From assembly GCF_000012805.1 (NCBI RefSeq), contig NC_007484.1:1410001-1442000 (forward strand): 32,000 nt of DNA, in the 5' to 3' direction. Every line of letters starts with the position of its first letter. Position 1 is the stretch's first letter. Below are positions 24,782 to 32,000 of this stretch, one piece after another. This stretch comes from Nitrosococcus oceani ATCC 19707. Its GTDB lineage: Bacteria > Pseudomonadota > Gammaproteobacteria > Nitrosococcales > Nitrosococcaceae. The notes under the pieces were generated by a model. The model was not told where the DNA came from. It made no database searches and was given only the letters and a program-made list of their open reading frames with translations. The position numbers were made by a program, and so were the translations under genes.

Positions 24782-24804
24782 GTAGGCGCTTCGCGCCGAC
24801 CTAC
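24782..24804. repeat. REP-like palindrome GTAGGCGC-TTC-GCGCCGACCTAC (inverted copy of the 23177 element, one arm 3 nt shorter)
   Basis: The reverse complement reads gtaggtcggcgc gaa gcgcctac. A further relative, gcgagcg-N15-cgctcgcctat, lies at 24840-24872. Confidence 0.65.
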
Positions 24805-24990
24805 GGTGCCTTGCGCTGGAAAGCGAACACGCAAGAACTGCGAGCGCGGCTCGACTCGGCCCGCTCGCCTATCCAGCAGCGGAGGATGAACTTCGGCGAA
24901 CCTGAGGGGTTGCCCGATCCGGTTTAGCGATACTTTAGTATATAAAGTCACAATTTAATCTGACGGTTACGAATTATCGGCCAGCCGGCG

Positions 24991-26259
24991 CTACTTGGGG
25001 CGCGATCTTGATAGGGCGTAGACAACGAGGATTAGTACACAAAAACCTCCTATTCCAGTAAGCGCGATAAAAAGGTCGAGGTTATCCAATTCCTTTGAAG
25101 AGCCATGCTGGCTAGCAAGAAAGAGGCCCAAAGTCGCCCCAATTCCTAGGCTGCGCTTGGCGATACCAAGCAATGATAGGGCCGTGGCGCGCAGGCCCCC
25201 CACTGCGTAATCTAGCATCCAGGATTTAACGAGAGGTGGCAGGGCCAGCAGGATTGACTGCGCCAGGCCCAACAAGAGAGGGATAGCAGGCGAGGGGCCA
25301 GTTATTGCCGCAGCGCCCAGGCTGAGAGACAGGCAAAGCGCGGCCGCAATGAGGAATGCACGTTGCTTAGGAGTTAGCTTCTCGGTGGGGAAACGCCAAG
25401 CCAGATAGGCCCCTAGAGCGCTTACCATCAACACCACGGTGAGGTTGAAAGCGAAGATGTTCAACGCGCGGTCGGCAATGGTGCTGCCAGGTAAAAGCTT
25501 GGCGGGCGCCAGGTAGTCGATGTACTGAAACAATAAATTGGTGCAGGCACCTATGGTGACCGCAACCAAAAGACCTGTGCGCCCGTACCGCAGCACCGCC
25601 AGGTACTCCCGGAGGGGAAAGGCGAGAAGTTTCCGTGGATCAGGGTGCTGGATACTTAGATTCGGCAGCCGGGGAGGGCGTAGTAGAATCGCGCCACCGG
25701 CTAGCCCCAGGGCGAGCAAATAGGGGGCAAAGCTGGTATTTGCCAGGCCAGGGAGATCCAGGGAGGCATTCCAAGGCGGGCCGTAGAGTAGGGGAAAAGC
25801 CAGGGTCGCGGCCCCAAGATAACCTAGATTATAGAGCAAATAGCCCTCGGTAAGATGGCGATCCGTAGCTGGAAGCCCGTCAGTCTTTTGGCTCCAGGCT
25901 TCATCCAGCCAGGCATCCAAGGAGGCGTGGTAGAGTCCCAGTCCGATACCGAAGGCCAGTCCAGCGGCATAAAGCAGGGAGGGTGCGTTCCCGGCAATCC
26001 CGCCTATTGTCAGCAGGGCCCAACAGCCCTGCGCCCCGGCGGCGGCGGTGATGGCGGCTGAGCGGTTGTAATGATCGGAAACTTGGGGCGCAGCCACCTC
26101 CCCCAGCAGCATCCCAATAAAGCTGGCAGCCACAAGTATCAGAACGGCGCTATCCTCGGGCGCCAGGCGAGTTAATACCCAAACGTCCAAGGTATAGCGC
26201 AGACCCACCAAGGCGCCAAACAGGGCGCAGAGCAGGAGATAGCGCGCCCGAATACCCAT
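24991..26259 (-). CDS. MFS-like 12-TM transporter
   Basis: 422 aa, almost entirely hydrophobic, with about 12 helices in two halves separated by a basic loop (..LRPPRLPNLSIQHPDPRK..). ATG confirmed at 26259, 16 nt after the upstream stop. Confidence 0.7.
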   Translation of the reverse strand: MGIRARYLLLCALFGALVGLRYTLDVWVLTRLAPEDSAVLILVAASFIGMLLGEVAAPQVSDHYNRSAAITAAAGAQGCWALLTIGGIAGNAPSLLYAAGLAFGIGLGLYHASLDAWLDEAWSQKTDGLPATDRHLTEGYLLYNLGYLGAATLAFPLLYGPPWNASLDLPGLANTSFAPYLLALGLAGGAILLRPPRLPNLSIQHPDPRKLLAFPLREYLAVLRYGRTGLLVAVTIGACTNLLFQYIDYLAPAKLLPGSTIADRALNIFAFNLTVVLMVSALGAYLAWRFPTEKLTPKQRAFLIAAALCLSLSLGAAAITGPSPAIPLLLGLAQSILLALPPLVKSWMLDYAVGGLRATALSLLGIAKRSLGIGATLGLFLASQHGSSKELDNLDLFIALTGIGGFCVLILVVYALSRSRPK

Positions 26260-26275
26260 GGATAGGGTTGCCTCT

Positions 26276-27652
26276 CTACCTCCGCAGTAGCATCATGGAA
26301 GCATAACGGGCATCTTCAAGGTGATAGGCTTTGAAGTTTTCCTCTTTTATTAAATGGTACGCTTCGGCCAGGGTGGGGGCGCCGGTGGCGTTCTCAAAGG
26401 CGCCACGAACTGCCTCGACGAGGTTCCGTACGGGTGAGTCGCCGATTTGATCATTGGCCAGGGACACGTCTAGGGTCTCGAGCCAAGGGATAATTCTATT
26501 GTGTACTTTCTGGGCTGCTTCCACGTCCGCTCCCCGCACTTTTTGGAACACCAGTGGAACCTCGATATGCTCTTCGTTGGAAGTTGATGAAATGATGCGC
26601 TTCAGGAACAGAGGCGGCTGTATTTGCCAAAAGCTGCTTGCGTTAATGGGGTGGATCTCATCCAGGCTGACCGCCGCCAGATCGATGCGCCCAGAAAGGT
26701 CATTGGAGAAGCGCTTCAGGTTGACGATCAAATAATCCTCTTGGACAACATCGTCATAGTAAGCGAGGATTAGACAGTCCACCGGATTCTCCGAAATCTC
26801 TTCGTAATAACCCTTATAGGAGCTATTAGAAGAGAAACGCTTCATTCTCCGTAGTATTCCGGTATTTTTATCGCTATCGCCCACGAAGATTACCGAGGCG
26901 GTTTTCGCACCAGACTCGGTCCCATGGGATTCGAAGCGGATATAGGTATTTTCCCCTTCCCGCAGGCCCGTGATGCGTTGCACCTTGATGACCACTTTCT
27001 CAAAATAGAAAAACACCGTGGTGATATGAGGTTCCCCTAGCATGGCTAGCGGTTTGCCATCCGATTTGCGGGTTTCATAGAGACCGCCTAGCAAGTTACG
27101 CAGGGTCGTGGGCTCTTCCTCGTCAAAAATCTCATCTACGGTATCCTGGTCTTTCTTCCACTCTGTGTAGGTGCTCCAGTTGAATTCCCGCTTCATCACT
27201 TGGGTGACGATATCGCCGAATTTCTCGAGGGTGAGGGGGCGCTCAAGGGGATCCTTTGGCGGAAACAGCGTTGCCGGTGGTATGAGGTAAAAGAACAGCA
27301 GCATACCACTAAACCACAGGGCGACAGGTCCCGCGACCGCCACGGTCAGGCCCATTAGGGTGCCGCCAATGCGAGTGGAGTTGACAAACAGCAGCGAGTT
27401 CGCGGTAGAAAGGGCAAAGAACATGAGCACGATGACCACGACAAAACTGGGGAGCGTCCAATCGTTAGGGTTAATGAAGAAAAGGTAGAAGGTGGTGGCA
27501 CCGAGCGCTACTAAGGTGATCACGGTAGCCACGGCGAAAATATGCTTGGGATTGATGCGCTCCAGGGTTGCGGCGCGATGGTTCGGAGTCTCGTTCTGGA
27601 ATTCGTCTGGTTCTGGAGCGGTTTGTGTGCTATCTACCCTCGGTTCTTCCAT
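26276..27652 (-). CDS. Uncharacterised membrane protein: about 4 N-terminal TM helices plus a roughly 330-aa cytoplasmic domain with no recognisable motif
   Basis: Trimmed to the ATG at 27652 (MEEPRVDSTQ...), because the track start at 27706 is TTG. TM block FAVATVITLVALGATTFYLFF...GMLLFFYLIPP. Confidence 0.65.
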   Translation of the reverse strand: MEEPRVDSTQTAPEPDEFQNETPNHRAATLERINPKHIFAVATVITLVALGATTFYLFFINPNDWTLPSFVVVIVLMFFALSTANSLLFVNSTRIGGTLMGLTVAVAGPVALWFSGMLLFFYLIPPATLFPPKDPLERPLTLEKFGDIVTQVMKREFNWSTYTEWKKDQDTVDEIFDEEEPTTLRNLLGGLYETRKSDGKPLAMLGEPHITTVFFYFEKVVIKVQRITGLREGENTYIRFESHGTESGAKTASVIFVGDSDKNTGILRRMKRFSSNSSYKGYYEEISENPVDCLILAYYDDVVQEDYLIVNLKRFSNDLSGRIDLAAVSLDEIHPINASSFWQIQPPLFLKRIISSTSNEEHIEVPLVFQKVRGADVEAAQKVHNRIIPWLETLDVSLANDQIGDSPVRNLVEAVRGAFENATGAPTLAEAYHLIKEENFKAYHLEDARYASMMLLRR

Positions 27653-27746
27653 TGAATTACACCGCCTTCGGCGCTTCGGCCCGTGGATACTCGTTATGAA
27701 AAACAATTAATCATTAGTTTAGTCTAAGGGAGGTAAGGGCGATGTG

Positions 27747-27775
27747 AAAATTTTACTTTATTAAAGTAAAATTTT
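27747..27775. promoter_or_regulatory. 29-bp perfect palindrome (14-bp arms, 1-nt centre) in a divergent intergenic region
   Basis: aaaattttacttta-t-taaagtaaaatttt, located between the 26276-27652 operon (minus) and yajD (plus). Confidence 0.55.
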
Positions 27776-27955
27776 ACCGATGATATAGGGAGCAATTTTT
27801 ATTGCCCGCGGCTATTGCCCGAAGTCAATAATTGAGAGTGGATTTTGCTCTGGTATTGTCAGTGTCCGCCGTTCCCTAACCGCCTATTATAAAGTAAGGG
27901 TGTTACCTTTGAAGAGTGGAAGTGAAACAGGATTAAATATAGGAGCAAGTGACTA

Positions 27956-28333
27956 ATGAAAAAGACGCCATCAAGCACCAATAAACTGGATGAGATTGTT
28001 GCCGAGGCCCAGCGTAACCGGGCCAAGCGGGAACAGGGTTATAGAGAGAAGTCGCTGCGGATGTATCCTTGGATTTGTGGCCGGTGCAGGCGGGAGTTCA
28101 CTCGCGCCACGGTGCATGAGCTTACCGTGCATCATAGGGATCATAATCACGACAATAATCCTGCTGACGGCAGCAATTGGGAACTATTGTGCCTTTATTG
28201 CCATGATAATGAACATGCCCGCTTTATTGATGGGGCAGGCACTGGAGCCTTGGATTCTCCTGCTGGAGAAAACCAGGCCGCCGGTTATAAAGCTTTCGCC
28301 GGGCTGGGAGAATTGTTGAAAAAGAAGGAGTGA
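27956..28333 (+). CDS. yajD: YajD-family HNH endonuclease
   Basis: ..CGRCRREF....LTVHHRDHNHDNNPADGSNWELLCLYCHDNEH is the HNH motif in YajD arrangement. SD aggag lies upstream. Confidence 0.85.
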   Translation: MKKTPSSTNKLDEIVAEAQRNRAKREQGYREKSLRMYPWICGRCRREFTRATVHELTVHHRDHNHDNNPADGSNWELLCLYCHDNEHARFIDGAGTGALDSPAGENQAAGYKAFAGLGELLKKKE

Positions 28334-28365
28334 GAAGGCGGCGGGTCTTATTAGATTAACCCCTC

Positions 28366-28854
28366 CTATTTAGACTTTCCGCAGCAACGCTTGTATTTCT
28401 TGCCGCTGCCACAAGGGCAAGGCGCGTTTTTCCCCCTATTGGTTTGTTGACCTACCTTGGCAATGGATTTGACTGCGCCATCCAGGTAATACCACCGTCC
28501 CTGCCCTTTGCGAAAACGGCTGATTTCATTGACAGCATATTCTTCACCTTCCAGTAGATAATAGGCTTTAAATTCAACGATTCCTTTAGTGTCTTGACTG
28601 CCCCCTTTTTTCTTTTCCACAATCTCCAGGCGCTTCCACTGAGTGCCCTTTTTCGGAAAATTTACCCTTAATGGCCGCTTTGCGGGTTCCCAGGTTTCCA
28701 GTATATAGGCTTCGTTTTCCATAGCAAATGCCGTAAAGCGGGTACGCATAAGTATTTCTGCAGTAGGAGCATTTTTTTTACCGGAATGGTAAAGTCCGCA
28801 GCATTCTGTATAGGGTATACCAGAGCCGCAGATACAATTAGTAAGTTGTTCCAA
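28366..28854 (-). CDS. ychJ: YchJ-family protein (UPF0225) with N- and C-terminal SEC-C zinc motifs
   Basis: CICGSGIPYTECCG at the N-terminus and CPCGSGKKYKRCCGK at the C-terminus. The start is TTG at 28854, preceded by aggaa. Confidence 0.85.
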   Translation of the reverse strand: MEQLTNCICGSGIPYTECCGLYHSGKKNAPTAEILMRTRFTAFAMENEAYILETWEPAKRPLRVNFPKKGTQWKRLEIVEKKKGGSQDTKGIVEFKAYYLLEGEEYAVNEISRFRKGQGRWYYLDGAVKSIAKVGQQTNRGKNAPCPCGSGKKYKRCCGKSK

Positions 28855-28865
28855 TTTGGTTTCCT

Positions 28866-31010
28866 TTACTTCCCTGGATTGAAGCGGCGGGCATTCATGA
28901 TGCCGGGAAGTCCGGTGAGACGTTTGAGTAAGCTGTTTAGCTGCTCGGTATCACTTACTTCAATGGTCAATCGCATATGGGCCTGTCCAGAGGTGCGATC
29001 GCTGACCGTATTGATGGCGAGAATGTTAGTATCCTTTTTCGCCAGAAGGCGGGTGATGTCCTGTAGTAATCCTTTACGATCTTCCGCCTGAATTGAGATA
29101 TCCATGGAGTGGGCCTCTCCCGTTGGGTGGCGCCAAGCCACCTCTACCAGACGGTTTTGACGCTCTTGCGAGAGCTTAATAATATTGGGGCAATCGCGGC
29201 GGTGGATGGCTACTCCACTCCCCTGGGTGATATAGCCTGTAATCGGGTCACCGGGGATAGGGCTGCAGCAACGGGCGAGGCGCGATAGCAAATCGCTGAC
29301 TCCTAGTACGTGGATAGCATTTTCAGCTCTTGAGGAGGTCATGGGGGGTGGGTCTACCCCAGGCGTTGGCAGGGAGGGTTCCGGCTGTTGTTCTCGGAGT
29401 GCTGTATTTAGCTGACCAAGACTGATATCTCCACGGCCCAGCGATGCCAGCAAGCTATCCGGGCGGGGGTGACGAAACCGCTTGAGTAGTGGCGCTAAAT
29501 CCACTTCCGCAAGCTTGAGCCGTTGCCGCTCCCGGTCCAGCAGGGTTCGGCCCCGGGCTGCATGGAGGCTATGATCTTGCTGCTTAAACCAGCGTTGAAT
29601 CTTGGCTCGAGCGCTTGGGGTATGGAGGTAACCTAAGCGCAGATTAAGCCAGTCCCGGCTGGGGGCGCCTTCCCGGGTGGTGAGAATCTCTACTTCCTGA
29701 CCGCTGGCTAGTGGTTGGGTTAAGGCCACCATGACCCCGTTTACTTTGGCGCCCCGGCAGCGATGGCCGACTTCAGTATGAATGGCATAAGCAAAGTCCA
29801 GGGGAGTTGCTTTTTCTGGTAAGTCGATAACTCGTCCTCGAGGCGTTAGCGCGTAGATGCGGTCATGGAAGGCTTTGGATTTGAATTGCTCAATGAGATC
29901 AGTGCTACTGGAGCCGGTCTCCTTCCGGTCCAGAAAGCTTCGAAGCCAGGCAATGCGCTGCTCAAAACCCGTATCCAGCTCTGTCCCTTCCTTATAGCGC
30001 CAGTGAGAGGCGACCCCCAGTTCGGCTTCCCCGTGCATCTGCAAGGAGCGGATCTGAATCTCCATGGGTTTTCCCGCTGAGTCAAAAACCGCGGTATGCA
30101 GGGAACGATAACCATTGGGTTTGGGGTGGGCAATATAATCGTCAAATTCCTCAGGGATGGGTGTCCAGAGCGTGTGTACCAGGCTTAGGGCCGCATAGCA
30201 ATCCCTCACATCCACCACAATGACCCGAAAGGCATGGACATCAAATAGTTGATGGAAGTCTAGGTTTTTAGCCTGCATCTTCTTCCAGATGCTGTAAAGA
30301 TGTTTAGGGCGACCGCTGATTTGACCTTGGATGCCTGCCTGGGCAAGTGCTTCTTTGATCTGTTCTTTTACCTTGATAATATATCGCTCACGGTCTATCT
30401 GCCGCTTATTCAGCGCTTTGGTTAGCCGTTGGTAAGTCTGGGGCTCCAGATAGCGCAAGGCTAAATCTTCCAGTTCCCATTTGAGTTGCCAGATACCCAG
30501 GCGATTAGCCAGAGGGGCGAAGATATCCAGAGTTTCTTGGGCTAAAGTTTGGCGAGTCGCTGCGGTTTCATTGTTAGCATTGCGCAGGCGATAGAGGTGA
30601 TCAGCCAAGCGTACGAGGACGACCCGGGGGTCTTCCACAATAGCCAGTAACATCTTACGTAGTTTTTCGGCTTGAATCGGATCTTTTTCGTTATTAGTAC
30701 GGTAGTGTTTTAGCACCGCCAGGCGCTCAGCGCCTTGGAGTAGCCGAGTAATTGTTGGAGCTAAATTTCTGGTGATAATTTCCTGTTTAAGCAGCCCTGC
30801 TTCCATCGCTGGCAACAATAGTCCAGCAATTTGGGTCTCGGTATCTACTTGCAACTTTGCCAGCAACTCCACAATGGCGTCTCCCTGGACGATCAAAGAC
30901 ATCACTTGGCTCTTATCATCAATTTGATCTGCTAGAAGCTCCCGGGCTTCTTCCAATTGGGAGGCAGACTGAGGCGATAAATGATCAGCGTGGTGTTGAG
31001 TTGAAATCAT
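28866..31010 (-). CDS. relA: GTP pyrophosphokinase RelA ((p)ppGpp synthetase I)
   Basis: The RelA/SpoT synthetase core (..GRPKHLYSIWKKM.., ..DVHAFRVIV.., ..YRSLHTAV..) is followed by TGS and ACT-like C-terminal domains. The N-terminal pseudo-hydrolase region lacks the HD motif, so this is RelA rather than SpoT. Confidence 0.9.
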   Translation of the reverse strand: MISTQHHADHLSPQSASQLEEARELLADQIDDKSQVMSLIVQGDAIVELLAKLQVDTETQIAGLLLPAMEAGLLKQEIITRNLAPTITRLLQGAERLAVLKHYRTNNEKDPIQAEKLRKMLLAIVEDPRVVLVRLADHLYRLRNANNETAATRQTLAQETLDIFAPLANRLGIWQLKWELEDLALRYLEPQTYQRLTKALNKRQIDRERYIIKVKEQIKEALAQAGIQGQISGRPKHLYSIWKKMQAKNLDFHQLFDVHAFRVIVVDVRDCYAALSLVHTLWTPIPEEFDDYIAHPKPNGYRSLHTAVFDSAGKPMEIQIRSLQMHGEAELGVASHWRYKEGTELDTGFEQRIAWLRSFLDRKETGSSSTDLIEQFKSKAFHDRIYALTPRGRVIDLPEKATPLDFAYAIHTEVGHRCRGAKVNGVMVALTQPLASGQEVEILTTREGAPSRDWLNLRLGYLHTPSARAKIQRWFKQQDHSLHAARGRTLLDRERQRLKLAEVDLAPLLKRFRHPRPDSLLASLGRGDISLGQLNTALREQQPEPSLPTPGVDPPPMTSSRAENAIHVLGVSDLLSRLARCCSPIPGDPITGYITQGSGVAIHRRDCPNIIKLSQERQNRLVEVAWRHPTGEAHSMDISIQAEDRKGLLQDITRLLAKKDTNILAINTVSDRTSGQAHMRLTIEVSDTEQLNSLLKRLTGLPGIMNARRFNPGK

Positions 31011-31032
31011 AGAGCGATATTTGGGGTTTTAA

Positions 31033-32000
31033 TTAAATCTCTTTCCATTGAGCGGCTAACCGCTTAGGGGAGACTGGGCGCTTGGTCCCCAGTTCCTGGG
31101 CAAAAAGGGAGATCCGGTATTCTTCCAACATCCAGCGATAAGTTTCCAGGGCGGGTACTACGCCGTCTTCCTGGTGCTGTATTTCCATTCTTTTTTGATA
31201 AGCTTGCCATAAAGGGGTGATTTCTGCCTGCCGTTGCTGATCTCGGCGGGGGTTCTCCTGCAATTTTGCAAGCCGCAGTTTTATCCCTTTGAGATAACGG
31301 GGAAGATGAATGAGCCATATTGGTGACGTCTGGTTGATAAAGCCATGATAGACCAAATGGGTTAGTTGTTCCTTCATATCACGAATGGAGTTTAGCCATG
31401 CAAAAGGAAGATTGCCCTTTAGCTGCCTGACGACCTCGTGATATTCGGTCAGAATTTCCTCTATGAGACGGCAAAATTCATTGGCGGTGCTCATCAGTTC
31501 GCCGCAGCCTTTTTCCTTACGGGCCATGAATTTTTCCCCGTTGCGAACGGGGGGGTGGTCGAGGATAAAAGTGCGGTCTATGATTCCCTGAATCAAGGCG
31601 TCTTTGAGGCTTTCGCAAGAGGATTGGGAGGGGGCACTGTCTCCCCACGGCATGGCCGGGAGGCTAGTGTAGTGCAAGCACATTTTTTGAATGCCCGGCA
31701 GATTTTTTCTTAAATATTTAATCTGCTGAGTTAATGCTAGCATAAATAAGCGCCGCAATCCCAGATGGGTAATCTCCTGTGCCGCCTCGGCTGAATCCAT
31801 AATGACCAGGGAAACTGCGGTTTCTGTATCCTGCAGCGCGGGATAACCCTTGAGTTTAAGCCCCTGGCGTTCTAATTCAATCCGTTCTGGCAATTCGCCA
31901 AAATCCCATTGGGTGATTCCTTCACGGGTTAGCTCGCTATTATCCCAGCCTCGAAAGCTGCGCTGGGCTTTGCTGGCCCACTGTCGTTGCAGGATGGCTA
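31033..32000 (-). CDS. hrpA: ATP-dependent RNA helicase HrpA, C-terminal (DUF3418) part; gene continues beyond the right edge
   Basis: The track ORF starts at an internal TTG (31893). The same frame stays open to position 32000 (..ILQRQWASKAQRSFRGWDNSELTREGITQWDFGELPERIELERQGLKLKGYPALQD..), matching the HrpA C-terminal region. Confidence 0.8.
   Translation of the reverse strand, partial: AILQRQWASKAQRSFRGWDNSELTREGITQWDFGELPERIELERQGLKLKGYPALQDTETAVSLVIMDSAEAAQEITHLGLRRLFMLALTQQIKYLRKNLPGIQKMCLHYTSLPAMPWGDSAPSQSSCESLKDALIQGIIDRTFILDHPPVRNGEKFMARKEKGCGELMSTANEFCRLIEEILTEYHEVVRQLKGNLPFAWLNSIRDMKEQLTHLVYHGFINQTSPIWLIHLPRYLKGIKLRLAKLQENPRRDQQRQAEITPLWQAYQKRMEIQHQEDGVVPALETYRWMLEEYRISLFAQELGTKRPVSPKRLAAQWKEI

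Noticed and set aside
24698-24790. A fifth attC-like site after the GC-rich ORF (GGTCAAC ... ggctgg-agaaggggaaag / ctttctcccc-gtgtcc-ccagcc ... GTAGGCG)
   Set aside because: It has a long imperfect stem, but neither R box fits the consensus well and the 3' end merges with a REP-like palindrome. It is too uncertain for a feature call.
24048-24951. Overlapping small ORFs on both strands within and after the GC-rich ORF
   Set aside because: High GC content generates long spurious open frames. None has motifs or ribosome-binding context.
27653-27706. TTG-initiated 18-codon extension (MFFITSIHGPKRRRRCNS) of the 476-aa ORF
   Set aside because: It uses a non-ATG start and encodes a highly basic, non-membrane peptide. 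The in-frame ATG at 27652 precedes the conserved-looking body. The start remains uncertain.
27747-27775. The 29-bp AT-rich palindrome as a bidirectional terminator
   Set aside because: It lies upstream of both flanking genes, which are divergently transcribed, so it terminates nothing. An operator or structural role is more plausible.
1-32000. rRNA genes, tRNA genes, CRISPR arrays and prophage structural genes
   Set aside because: I found no cloverleaf-like GC-rich 75-90-nt segments in the intergenic regions, no rRNA-like conserved blocks, and no short repeat-spacer arrays. This was a visual scan only, so small ncRNAs cannot be excluded.

Overview
Proteobacterial chromosomal window. Gene content and roughly 50% GC look gammaproteobacterial, possibly Nitrosococcus-like, but I cannot verify this without a search.

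(1) 1-17.9 kb is a core-like membrane and transport block, mostly on the minus strand. It holds an ABC ATPase plus an FtsX-type permease, and a guanine-deaminase-type gene interrupted by two in-frame TAG codons. Next comes an RND-MFP-OMP efflux operon with unusual accessory segments. A 2 x 170 bp tandem repeat sits in the divergent promoter region facing a MauE/DoxX-like gene. A tightly coupled 9-gene Mrp/Mbh-like antiporter cluster (E-F-G-DUF4040-B-C-D-D-D) and a tandem-USP gene complete the block.

(2) About 18.0-24.9 kb is a compositionally mosaic accessory island. I read it as a decayed integron-type cassette array.
- Short imperfect palindromes with RYYYAAC...GTTRRRY ends (attC-like) follow each small gene unit.
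- The units are a higB(deleted)-higA pair, hicB-hicA, a signal-peptide mini-ORF, a 491-aa HEPN-motif protein and a GC-rich orphan ORF.
- A 30-codon intI-like 5' stub is present.
- The island also holds an ISY100/IS630-like element with an A8 frameshift site, a truncated and frameshifted tnpB, a RAYT-like (REP-associated Y1 transposase) pseudogene, and REP-like GC palindromes.

(3) 24.9-32 kb carries an operon of an unknown 4-TM protein plus an MFS-like transporter, behind a 29-bp perfect palindrome. It is followed by yajD, ychJ, relA and the 3' part of hrpA.

No rRNA, tRNA or CRISPR array was seen. The best candidate for something undescribed is the single-gene HEPN cassette (21588-23063) in the attC-bounded array. 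All family calls rest on motifs I recognised by eye; no searches were run.
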